DNA of 63,315 nt, the filler included, from Collodictyon triciliatum (lineage: Eukaryota), in NCBI GenBank assembly GCA_043381765.1. It is 23 parts of 23 records of this genome, joined end to end, with 100 filler letters (N's around TTAATTAATTAA, not from the genome) between each part and the next. Parts side by side here need not be neighbours in the genome. Positions count along the whole stretch, not along the records: positions 41,401 to 44,054 come from JBHJMP010008501.1; positions 44,155 to 46,808 come from JBHJMP010008502.1; positions 46,909 to 49,561 come from JBHJMP010008503.1; positions 49,662 to 52,314 come from JBHJMP010008504.1; positions 52,415 to 55,065 come from JBHJMP010008505.1; 18 more parts are not named here. One strand, given 5' to 3'. The notes under the pieces are model-generated. The model ran no database searches and had not been told where the DNA came from. It worked only from the letters and a program-made list of their open reading frames with translations. The position numbers were made by a program, and so were the translations under genes. This document shows positions 41,401 to 54,600 of this stretch, in pieces; positions within the stretch are counted from its first letter, which is position 1; every line of letters begins with the position of its first letter.

Positions 41401-43204
41401 TGACTGTTTTGTCAATACGATTTTATTTGGTGAATTTCGACTCACATTGTGCGTTCCGCTGTCGTGTATTATAAAATCGGTAATCGGCGCTTTAAACAAT
41501 CGTAGTGTATTTTGAACTTCGGTATCATCCTTGGTAAAATTAGTACTTGTAGCGCTATCAATAATCATAACTATATTTGAGTTTGCTCCTACATTTGACC
41601 CTTGTATTTTAGCAGCACCACCAGATGCTTGAAAATCTATAGTTGTACCAACTACAAACGGATCGGAAACACTAGTAGGTAGTATTCCGTCAACCCAAAC
41701 ATACCAAATTCCAGTAGTTGAAGAAATCCAATGCCATACACAAGTGTATACCCCACCTTCAAATAATTGAAATGTTGAAGTTCCTGAGACAACAGTTCTC
41801 GTTGAATTATTCATTATGTGAATTTCAACTCCTGCTGTATTACTAGTCCACATAAAATACGTGCCTGTATTAGTAGAACTTTTGAAAGGAATAATAATAT
41901 GTTGTTGGCCATTCGCTCTGAATGCTAAATGAGGTAAAATAATACTGCCTGCTAGATTATTGCTTATATCAACTCTTATCATCATAGGGGTCGTTGTTGT
42001 TATAGAACTGGCTGTGTGACCTTGGGTCGAAAATGGCGTTCGGAAAGTTTTTTCACTATTAGACCCTCTTCTATACTTACAATACCTTCAGTAGATTGCT
42101 GGGTACAGTCTAACACATTCATATTATTGCATAATACACGAACATTGGAATTAGTGTCTGAAAATCGAATGCCTGAATTAGTGCTTGTTGTTGAATACAA
42201 CCCTGAATTGGGATTATTAGCTATTGCATTTTGTAAAACACCAATGCCGCCGTTAGTTCCGGCCATAACTAGATTGCCTGTAAGAGTCGCGCCCGTGTTA
42301 CCAATATTTAACCTTTCTACACCATCTGTTCCAATTCTAATAGACCCATCTGTACCCCAAATACCTGATTGCGGTACCGTCGAGTCACCAAATAAAAGAG
42401 TTGGAGCAGCTGCCGATCCTACTGTGTTTAAATTTAATTGGCCTGATATTGAATGAGTCACCGCGTTATTAACAACAAATTGGCTATTTTCAACAGTAAA
42501 TGTCCCTTGCTGTATAAACAATCTTCTCCTAGTGCTACTAATGTTCCCAACACTAAATTGTATATTCCTTGTGTCTGTACTTCCGCCATCTTGTAAAATT
42601 ATATTTACATTATCAGACCTTCTCAACGTAGCAGCAGAATCGCTTGAGAAAGTCAACGGAACCGATAGATTAACCTCGTTATTTTGTATGACAGCTCTTT
42701 GCGCTCCATCTGTTCCAAAACGAATAGTATTATCTGTTCCCCAAATACCTGTTCGGCTAGCAACCGGAGTTGTTGTATTGTCTCCAAATAATAAATTTGG
42801 TTCTGCTGCTGAGCCAACCCGTGAAAGATTAAATGTAAGAGGGCAAGTCACAAAACCATTTGTGCTATCAACTAATAAATTGGGTGTCCAAATTGAACTA
42901 CCCCCGCTAGCTACCAACACTCTATTTTCATTTCCTGCGCCACTAGTGGGAACCTGTCTAACATTTGACCAAATACCATCGCTTCGTAACCAATTGCTAG
43001 TGTTATTAGCATATGGCAGCCAGCTAGCTACTGATCCGTTTGTTGTAAGAAGGGCGCTGACTGTTTGCGGAGGCAACTCAGCCGGTGCCGTCGTCTCCTG
43101 CAGCCACTGTAAATAAAGCCCACTTGAATCTACTTTTAATACTTTGTTTGCGTCTTGATTGGAAAATTCCGGTAGTTTCTTTTCTTCTGTTATGAAAAAC
43201 CCAT
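41401..43204 (-). CDS. Viral tail-fibre-like protein, copy 1 (two frame breaks; 3' end runs into the gap)
   Basis: Starts 16 nt after the penton stop. The N-terminus is nearly identical to 62191 (MGFFITEEKKLPEFSNQDANKVLKVDSSGLYLQWLQETT) once a 1-nt shift at 43195 is allowed. Two G/S/T/N-rich repeats of the form VGSAAxPxLLFGD...GIWGTD..IR.GTDG..R. It joins ORF 41353-41985 by a -1 shift at 42048-42053. Confidence 0.7.
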
Positions 43205-43220
43205 TACACTTGCCAAGAAT

Positions 43221-43988
43221 TTATTCCTCGGGAATTACACGCAGCATAAACAAATAGTCTTGTAACAGATTTATTGTCCGTCCCAGTCTATCTACCAATC
43301 TGAAATTCCAGCTGAACGGGATATACGAGCAGTCCATCAGATTCTCGAGAATGTTGTCGTTGACCTCGTAATAACTCGAATATCTCGCCCCAAGAGTCAG
43401 CGGTATTCTTGCGATGATGCCATTGCCGCCAATATTTGATGCAAAGCTCGAACTCTGAATATTTGGAGACACCAGGTACACATAATCAAAAGGTCGAATA
43501 TTGACCATATTCTGCAGCTCAACGAAATTAGTGTTGAACGTAAGATTTGCTGTTAGTCCTATGAGGTCCCGACATGTTGACGAATTCACAAACAGTTGGT
43601 AGGAAATACTCGCCCCTTCTCCTCTGATTGCTATTTTCTGCCTAGCGACTGATAATGAAACCGAAACAACCGCATTAGCTGACTGGGAATTGGTTGCTGC
43701 GTTCATCTTTGTTCGTATGTCATTGACGATTTCTTGTATAGTTAACAAACCAGTTTCTAATGTGACGTTATATGAAACGGGGCTGTCTGCTCCCACCTGA
43801 CACAGAAAAGCTAATTCGTTGTTGGCGGATGTGACATTGTGCACGGCATTCGGTATCTGGATACTCTCTAGCCCGATTTTTGCTTTACTCGACACATATC
43901 TGTTTTGCGTCGTTGCGAAATTAAAGTCTGCGATACTTCCGCTTTCTCGGTTTTCGGAATCAACATAAATGTAAAACGCTTTGTCCAT
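43221..43988 (-). CDS. Putative minor capsid (penton, single jelly-roll) protein of a Polinton-like virus/virophage-type element, copy 1
   Basis: Intact, intronless, 255 aa. Motifs: N-terminal YIYVDSENR..GS..DF.F, IGLESIQIPN, RPFDYVYLVS, IIARIPL, and C-terminal FRLVDRLGRTINL..DY.F.LRV. I recognise this pattern from PLV/virophage/NCLDV pentons. Confidence 0.72.
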   Translation of the reverse strand: MDKAFYIYVDSENRESGSIADFNFATTQNRYVSSKAKIGLESIQIPNAVHNVTSANNELAFLCQVGADSPVSYNVTLETGLLTIQEIVNDIRTKMNAATNSQSANAVVSVSLSVARQKIAIRGEGASISYQLFVNSSTCRDLIGLTANLTFNTNFVELQNMVNIRPFDYVYLVSPNIQSSSFASNIGGNGIIARIPLTLGARYSSYYEVNDNILENLMDCSYIPFSWNFRLVDRLGRTINLLQDYLFMLRVIPEE

Positions 43989-43997
43989 ACTCTGGGC

Positions 43998-44014
43998 CAG
44001 AAATTATTTCTTTG
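43998..44014. promoter_or_regulatory. Conserved near-palindromic motif between divergent viral genes (also at 62980-62997)
   Basis: CAGAAATTATTT(T)CTTTG is conserved in both copies while the flanking intergenic bases differ. Confidence 0.5.
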
Positions 44015-44021
44015 CGGTTGT

Positions 44022-44054
44022 ATGAGCGACCCGGAAAACATGGATACCATCGAG
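44022..44054 (+). CDS. Start of the divergently transcribed viral gene (MSDPENMDTIE...), truncated by the contig end
   Basis: Matches MSDSENEMDTIE at 63005 in the same position relative to the penton ATG. Confidence 0.6.
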
Positions 44055-44154
44055 NNNNNNNNNNNNNNNNNNNNNNNNNNNNNNNNNNNNNNNNNNNNTT
44101 AATTAATTAANNNNNNNNNNNNNNNNNNNNNNNNNNNNNNNNNNNNNNNNNNNN

Positions 44155-44254
<100 letters not shown>

Positions 44255-44289
44255 TAGTTCTTATTAGAATTATCGACTATAATTCTACA

Positions 44290-46352
44290 CGCAGCTAAAA
44301 AGCAGAAACTGTCAGAACTACCTTTCAATATCCCCATCCAGGATTGATTCGACATCACCCGTTTCAAAATTGCTTCGCAAGTCCTTTATGAGCTATGAAT
44401 GTAAACGATTCTCGTTCATTTATTAGACCCACAATGTAAATACTTATCAGAGCATAATCACTTAATATGCGAATTCAAGAGGGGTAGAATTTTTGATATA
44501 GTAAAAAAAAAAAAAAAAAGTGGAACTGAAACGATAGTATTTCAAATGATGAAACAAGTAACCTGATACGGATGGAGTACGTATGAACGAATCTGATTTC
44601 CCCACGAATTATCACCCAGGGAATTAGCAACTTGTGCCTTTTGGTCCGCCCTGTATTCGACTTTACCGATTAGATATATATAAGTGTTATCTTTTAACGA
44701 ACACAAAAGAAACTTAACATGTACCTTCACAAACACAAATACGTATAATCAGAAGAGGAATGGGGAGGGAAAAAAAGCTTGCTTTTTCTTTTGTTCCACG
44801 GCATAAAGGCGAGACTTCAGTGTTTCCATGGCTATAGCTCTATTCCTATGTTGTGACCTATCTTGGCTGCACTAAATATGTGCATATCAACCGTTTATGT
44901 GTGCTCACTTTATTTAAATTGTAATATATATATTAGGTAGGTATGTCCTTTTCATACCACTACGACTATCCCCGTTGGGATATGAGTCATGCGCACCGCA
45001 CTTTCCGTTTTATTAACATGCTGCCCACCAGCACCTATGAATTTCAAGCTTTAATAATACATATGAGGCTTGAAATTCACATGATAGTATAATGGGATGC
45101 CCCATTTACAAAAGCCATTCATTTAAATCACTTAAACGAACCAGAAGAGCGCATTGTGTCGATCAACAAATCTTTTGGGTTAATTTCTATTGCCAGGTCA
45201 TCGTTGGCCACAGGATATACGAGAATAGAAGCAAATGATGTATGTCGTCGACTCTATATATTCATAGTTAAAATAATCATGATAATCAACACAACCATCA
45301 TGGTCATGCTATGAAAAAAATTCATCAATTTCATTCTACTATTATATAATTCGTCCCAAGTAATACTTAGTTCAATCCGAGTAAATAAAATAAATAAGAA
45401 TGATAATGATAGAAATAAAACCATGCCTGACTGTCAAAAGGAGAAACACGGACCAATCGATGAACCCCGCTTTCGTTCTTCAGCCATCCGTAGGAGTATT
45501 TTCCGTCTATCTTAATGCTGATAAATTCCGTATTAATTTTTTTATATAAAAAATACAAGATTTGTATTTTGGAAGGAAGATAGAAAATAGAAGAGACAGA
45601 AATGAAAAAAGAATATATGTGGATTATGAAAAGTATAACAAGAGAAACCATGCACTCTTAATTCCAGCTTCACTTTTAGATTCGTCGATAGAATCCACTA
45701 ATGAGTAATACTTATTTAATTTTAAAAAAAAATGGCCACTTTATCTAAACTGGAAAAAATGTATAGATTGTTTCAAGCATAGAACTTCATTTTGATGGTA
45801 TTGGTGACTAGCCTTTGAATCCTTGTTTCTCTGCGTATCTCATATACATCCGTAGTAGCATCTGTGCCCAGTCAGTACTCTCTAAACCACCAGCACCAGC
45901 ATGAACCTCTAAAATGCAAGGTGCAGAATCTTCTGGTTTGTCACTAAGTTGTTCAAGGTTAGAGTGGTTTTTTTTCCAGCGTATTTATGAATTATTCGGT
46001 AATGAAAAAAACGTAATAAAAGGGGTCGTGTATTATGTTTAAATACAGTAAGGTATGCCTTTCGATATCTGTTAATACATATGAATTTATTTTTATTTAT
46101 TTTTTTTTTTTTTGCGATTGAAATGATGGCAACAACAAAAGAATAGAAAATGAAGGATAAAACAAACTGGAGTACTACCCAATAAATACGAATGTACTTA
46201 TTAGACTAATGATATAGATAAGATAACATATAGGGGACGGGGGACTTACAAGACTGTTTCAAACTCGAATTTTTTGGCCACTACTTTCAATTCTGTCATA
46301 CCACTAAGGGTCTCGTCAATCAATTCATAATCTTTTTCTTCTTGAGCCATTT
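44290..46352 (-). CDS. prfB: Nucleus-encoded organellar peptide chain release factor 2 (5' incomplete)
   Basis: [35 protein letters not shown] (RF2 SPF motif), [32 protein letters not shown] and [14 protein letters not shown]. Many spliceosomal introns. Confidence 0.93.
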
Positions 46353-46720
46353 CTGTGCAAATGTATTAAAATAATTTAACAGAGTTACTCATAGACATAA
46401 CGTTGATAATAGGAAACGAATAAAAGCCCTCTTACTGTATATCCCATTTATTTTTAAGGAAAAATGCATGCACAAAAAACTATTCGGTTCAATGTGTTCT
46501 TAAAAATAGAAAATATTGCTATAACAGAGAATATGAGCGTTGTGGCGATATGATCAACTAAGAGGAGGTAGGGAACAGGTAAAAGGGAGGGGGAGATTGG
46601 GCTATATGCAAACACAGAGAAGGTAACATTGCTTTATTGGCAGAATATATTGAATAAGGCAACACAATAGGGGAGTATAGCACAGTAAACCCACAGAGAA
46701 TCAAGCAGGAGTCCATGCAC

Positions 46721-46794
<74 letters not shown>

Positions 46795-47135
46795 AATAAT
46801 AATAATAANNNNNNNNNNNNNNNNNNNNNNNNNNNNNNNNNNNNNNNNNNNNTTAATTAATTAANNNNNNNNNNNNNNNNNNNNNNNNNNNNNNNNNNNN
46901 NNNNNNNNATAGTATAATAAATATATTAAATTGGCGCAGGGGGTCACTTTGTTCATCCATTATTACCTTCTGATTTTCTTTTTCTTTTTCTTTTTCTTTT
47001 TCCTTTTCTTTTCCTTTTTCTTTTTCTTTTTCTTTTTCTTTTTCTTTTTCTTTTTCTTTTTCTTTTTCTTTTTCTTTTTCTTTTTCTTTTTCTTTTTCTT
47101 TTTCTTTTTGTAACATTCCATTATACCACGCGGGC

Positions 47136-47169
<34 letters not shown>

Positions 47170-47514
47170 GCTCATCCACGAGACACTGCAAGATTCCGCC
47201 TTCTCTGTCGACGGCGGACTTATCCTGGATTCTTGAGAGTTCTTTGATGTGTGTCTGATCTGCGCTTCAAATGCTGATCGAATGAAAAGAGCATGGAACA
47301 GTTTGTGTGGCTGTCATGGTGCACAGGATTCGGTGAAATCAGCCGAGTTTGAATTTGCGTGCTCTATTATGGAATTTAGATGGAGCTTCCTTTTGCGGAA
47401 GAGGGAAGAGCACATCTATTTTTCATGTTTTGTTTTTTGTTTCTTTTGTTTCTTGTTTTTTGTTTGATGTTTTTGATGTTTTTGATGTTTTTTTTATGGT
47501 TTTGATGGTTTATC

Positions 47515-49290
<1,776 letters not shown>

Positions 49291-49759
49291 GTAGCTAAAA
49301 TGAAGCGAAGCGCAATTGATGGACAATACTTGGAATCGCATAGCAAGCCCATTTTTCTTAAGCGTCTAATTTTTGTTTTTTACTGTTTTTTTTCTTACTG
49401 TTTTTTCCTGTTTTTTCCTGTTTTTTCCTGTTTTTTTACTGTTTTTTTTACTGTTTTTTTTACTGTTTTTTTTACTGTTTTTTTTACTGTTTTTTTTACT
49501 GTTTTTTTACTGTTTTTTTACTGTTTTTTTTACTGTTTTTTTTACTGTTTTTTTTACTGTTNNNNNNNNNNNNNNNNNNNNNNNNNNNNNNNNNNNNNNN
49601 NNNNNTTAATTAATTAANNNNNNNNNNNNNNNNNNNNNNNNNNNNNNNNNNNNNNNNNNNNTTATCTGCGCTGAAAAGGCCAAATAAATAATAATGATAA
49701 TACTAATAATAATACATTAACGGAGTAAAAATAGCAACATGGATGATATACGCATAAAC

Positions 49760-49882
49760 GGCTTTTTCCTTTAGTGTTGCCCCAAATATAAATCTTCATC
49801 CAAAATCATCGCCGAAAGGTTGTGTTGTAGAGCAGTAGAAAGGGGCTGAGAAAATATAGGAAAAAACAAAAAACAAAAAACA

Positions 49883-49958
<76 letters not shown>

Positions 49959-52080
49959 GAGGAAAGCAATATAAACGAATGACCGAGAAATAAGGTCTAA
50001 TTCTTTTGCAACATTATCATGACAGAGTTCGGTCCATGTTCGACTAGGAGTGGTGGCGTATGTGCAAAAATGTGTATCTTTTATTCACCTACTGTACGGA
50101 TGCACAATCCAAAGCTATGAAGCTGCTGCTCTCAATGCACGGACTGCAATGACACAATCAGGGCGCTCTTTGGGTGGTGGGCCGTCCAAGCGCTGCAGTC
50201 CGCGGTCGGGCTGGTATCTGTGCCATTAAATGAATTGCTTAATTATTTTTATTATTATTTCCCATTGAAAGAAGGGAAATATGTAAGCGGAATGTGGTGA
50301 CCAAAATTACTATCTTGAATTGATATGTGTATGTAAATTGCTACACAAAGGTACAAATGGGGCACGCAGAGATAGAAACCACTGTGTTGGCTGTGATTTC
50401 AGACAATATAAACATATAATCTAGGTGTATATCACCGGGCGATGTTTCCACACATTCGACGTTTGGATAGTGCAAACACAAACGCAAACACAAGCACAAA
50501 CTCGTACATGTTAAAGTCAGAATCCCTTCGAGAAAGTGCAACAAATAAATCGCTCGTGCGCACACGAAAGAGTCCCTTCTGTTCTTGCTCGTGAGTAATC
50601 ACTAAGAGATTAATCGATCCGTCCTGAACTGTTGCCACGAATTATGGTATGTTGTTGTTAATGAGGGCACTAATCCAGAAAACAGAAAACAGAAAACTAG
50701 AAACTAGAAACTAGAAAATAGTAAAGCTCAAGATATTTAAGAAATGCTGATCAAAGATACGCATCCTGGATAATTGTAATGATCAATTATATTGCAAAGT
50801 GATTATAAAGCCAGATTGTGCTGTTTTATATACAAAAACCTTGCTCGTAGCCGACTATTATGCCCAGCCTTCGTGGCGTGTTGTAGATGTAAACAACGTC
50901 CCCTGAGTCTAATCCTGATGTAAAATTTTAAATAAATACAAAGCATTTTATTTATGAATGAAGTAGACGGACCTTTAAATAACACTTTATAACAGCTTCA
51001 GTAGTTTTTTTTTTAAAAAAAAAGGTAAAGTATAAGAATAACACAATTCTTTCTCTGACTCATATTTATAGCAGATTATGAACAAACGAAGACATGACAA
51101 AAGTATTTTGTAATTTGCCATATATTCAGTATGGATCACAAGCCTTCAATAAATTCATTCTCAATTTGTTCCAACGACCTCTCCAGTGTTTGGTTGCGCC
51201 CTTGTCTATATAGTTTAATAAGACATTTAACCTAAAAACAGTCTACACCATGTCGATTCTTTCCTTGGGCAGACTAAATAGTCGTTATTTTCATATAAAA
51301 CCCCATTCAAAAAGTAGGAAAAATCAACAAGTGAAATAACATATTGTCGAGGGGGTTGTCCTAGTGGCAAAGAGAAAATACATTTTCCAGAATATAGCTG
51401 CTTGTCCTGTAGTTCCATAAGTTGAGTTCAGCTTGGAGAACCAACGAAGTAGCGTTTCGTTTCCCTTCAAATAGACTGCGACGTTCCCGTCGTTCTGCTC
51501 ACGATTAATTAGGCATAAATTATGTTAGGCAGATTCCTTGCATATTCATATTTTCATGAATATATTATAAGATCTACAAAAAAAAAAAAAAAAAAAAAAA
51601 AAAGAAATTCTCGGCTGTGTTCTTAATTTGTGTTAGAAGGCCTATGGCACTTGGTGCATCACCAATGAACCTGTGGGTCCAGAACAGCCAAAGCGTCCAT
51701 GGTCGTGATTTCGGGACAGTTAGCGCTGTCCCCAGCATCACTGGAGGCAAATAAGTAGTTCCAGACAGCAGTGACTATGGACAGGTGTCCCAGCCAATGA
51801 ATTCTGTGATTGGAATAAACATAATAAAGCCAAGCAGTAACCATCCAATCACGGACATGGGTTTATCAATCCTTTATGGTTCTCATTAACCAAGAAATAT
51901 GGAATAAAAAGGCCAGGACAAAAGAAATGATGTGAACACAACACATTGCTCAGAAGGCAACACATATAATTTTTAAGAAGGACCTTTGCAGAGTTATTTG
52001 CAGATAGAGCGTTTTTCGAAGCTTTTGCGCAGTGACGCGCAGCATTTGGGAGTCTATTCTCGCAATTTCCGAGTCCATCA
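49760..52080 (-). CDS. Multi-exon gene of unknown function
   Basis: A series of exon-like coding segments with GT-AG borders (e.g. WLYYVYSNHRIHWLGHLS..., PLGQPPRQYVISLVDFSYFLNG...). No family recognised. Confidence 0.4.
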
Positions 52081-52165
52081 TCTTTAATATTTACAAGAGG
52101 AGAGAGAAAAAAGAGAGAAAAAAGAGAGAAAAAAGAGAGAAAAAAGAGAGAAAAAAAAAAGAAAG

Positions 52166-52269
<104 letters not shown>

Positions 52270-52414
52270 AGAGAGAAAAAAAAAGAGAGAAAAAAAAAGA
52301 GAGAAAAAAAAAGANNNNNNNNNNNNNNNNNNNNNNNNNNNNNNNNNNNNNNNNNNNNTTAATTAATTAANNNNNNNNNNNNNNNNNNNNNNNNNNNNNN
52401 NNNNNNNNNNNNNN

Positions 52415-53115
52415 ATGTCCAACACGCGGCCGGGTGTCCCAACAACAACCTGAGCTCCGGCAGACAGGCGAGAAATGTCCTCGCGGATGTTGGTTCCACC
52501 GACGCAGGCGTGGCAGCTGATGTTTAGGTAGTCACTAAGGGCAGCGGCAACCTACACGTATGGTAGACGCAAACGAGGAATTAGTCAGAGATTGCTTATA
52601 GAAAGAGTAACCACAAACCCCTTTTTTCTTCTTCCTTATATTGTTTTGCTACGTTCGTTATTGCATAGGTGGCTATCTATTTCCTCAGTCAAGAAAATAA
52701 AAAATAAAATAAAAAAGTAGAGGAAGGGAGAAAGGGAGGGAAGGCGATGAAACTAAAGGCACAGTTAAGCGAAAAAATATGACCAACTCACTCTTCCAAT
52801 ACAAATGGCAAGCTCACGAGTAGGGGCCAGGATGAGAGCTTGGGTCTGCTTCAGGGTGGGATCGATCATTTGAAGGGCCGAGATGGAGAAGGTGGTAGTT
52901 TTACCCGTTCCAGACTCGGCATGGATGATACAGTCACGGCGCAAGAGGATGGGGACAATGGCGCGCCGCTGAATGGCTGAGGGTTCTTCGAAACCATAAG
53001 CATAGATACCGCGCAAGAGTCCCTCACGGAGCTTCATAGCGTCGAAGGAGTCAATCACTTGGTCCCAGTTGGATTCAATTTCCGTCTGGGTGACTGAAGC
53101 ATCGAGCCCGGTGCT
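52415..53115 (-). CDS. eIF4A-like DEAD-box RNA helicase, divergent, partial
   Basis: [67 protein letters not shown] and [10 protein letters not shown]. Confidence 0.9.
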
Positions 53116-53178
53116 TTTGGGCAGTTCAAAAAAAAAGAAGAAAAAAAAGAGAGGAGGTTGTTGTTGTTATTATTCTTG

Positions 53179-53258
<80 letters not shown>

Positions 53259-53581
53259 GAGCGTAGTGAGAGTTTGAGGTTACTAAAATTAAGTTTTCGT
53301 TTGTGGCTTTGTCTTGAAGCTTTGAGCAAGAGAATGGCCTCACGAGCCTAAAGAGAGGGAGAAAGGGAGGGAGAGAGAGAGGGTGGTGCGAAAGTCTCCG
53401 TCCTTCGGTGGAGAAGAACAGTTTGAGAGGAGAATATTTAGAGATATTATTCATTATGAAGGAAAGGATTTCGGTGGTGCTGCTTGTTACCTGGCCATTG
53501 TGCACTGTTGGTGTTTGTGTCTGGGTTGCGGTGTTCCTTTGGTCGGGTTCTTTTGGAAAGAGAAACATGAGCTTTACTTCG

Positions 53582-53675
53582 ATCCTTCCTGTATGGCTTT
53601 AAAGATTGTTGGCATGGGCGCCAACAGCAAAGTCTGTCGTGAATAAAAAAAAAAAAATCCTTCCTGTATGGCTTT
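53582..53675 (+). mobile_element. Very short retroposed insertion with a hairpin, poly(A) and a 19-bp TSD
   Basis: ATCCTTCCTGTATGGCTTT at 53582-53600 and 53657-53675 flanks AAAGATTGTTGGCATGGGCGCCAACAGCAAAGTCTGTCGTGAAT plus an A-tail. Confidence 0.85.
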
Positions 53676-54152
53676 GAGCGAAATAAAATAAAAATACTAT
53701 GGAACGCAGGGAATAACATGGGTGATTTGTAAAGGGGCAGTTGCAGAAATTTTCAACTCTTTATAGATTTTGTACGTATTTGAACATTTCACGAAGTTCC
53801 GTACAATCGCACTGGAGTTTCACTCTAGTCTCTTTTTGGGGCAGATTCTTTTGAAGATTTTTTTCTCTTTCAAACCACGATATAGTCAGTTTTTTTTTTT
53901 TTTGAGACATTTGATAGCTTTGACAAGATTGATATCTTTTTATGTTTCAAAGCATACCAGTAGTCGCCTTTTCGGCGAGACAAGAAGTTCTGCAATATGG
54001 AATACGCACAATCCAGAAAACTCGTATCACATTAATGAGCATTTTCCCTTGACATCGTTGCTGATGGTTGTTTGCCACTCGCCACCCATTTTGTAAAAAG
54101 ATAGCTACAAACGAACTCAGCTCACATGACAAGGTCTTTTCGGCACACTTTG

Positions 54153-54196
54153 AAAACTGGAAGCTGGTACCATCCTGCACAAAATTGAAAGGAAGA

Positions 54197-54231
<35 letters not shown>

Positions 54232-54241
54232 GGAAGCTGGT
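54153..54241 (+). mobile_element. Very short (~30 nt) LINE 3'-end insertion with poly(A) and a ~16-bp TSD
   Basis: AAAACTGGAAGCTGGT on both sides. The insert ACCATCCTGCACAAAATTGAAAGGAAGAAT is identical to 16237-16266. Confidence 0.9.
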
Positions 54242-54600
54242 GCTCAAGAAACACACGCGTATAAAAAGATAAAGCCTCATATCAACACTGTAATCAAATG
54301 TTTTCGTGGATATATGCCGATTGTAAAGATTAGGACTTTTTACTGGTCGATAGGGACTGTAGTAAAAGTGAAGGGAAACTGAAAACCCACGCCGTGCCAA
54401 GTATATCCTAAGAAGAAAATCATCAAGTTGTATGAAATAAGATTGTAATGTGTTCTGATATTGAAGCTTCGATGTGTTGACCAAAAAGGAGAGTGAGTGC
54501 AAGCATTGGAATTGACTATCTGACAAAGCCAAGGTTAGGTGCCGAACACTCCAAAAGATCTTTGACATTTTACCCTCTTTCTGATTTTTTTTTTTTTTTT

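Noticed and set aside
43205-43223. Fibre copy 1 is in frame with the penton behind a single TAA, suggesting a readthrough fusion
   Set aside because: Not conserved in copy 2 (14-nt spacer, own in-frame ATG). Probably a by-product of the 1-nt deletion.
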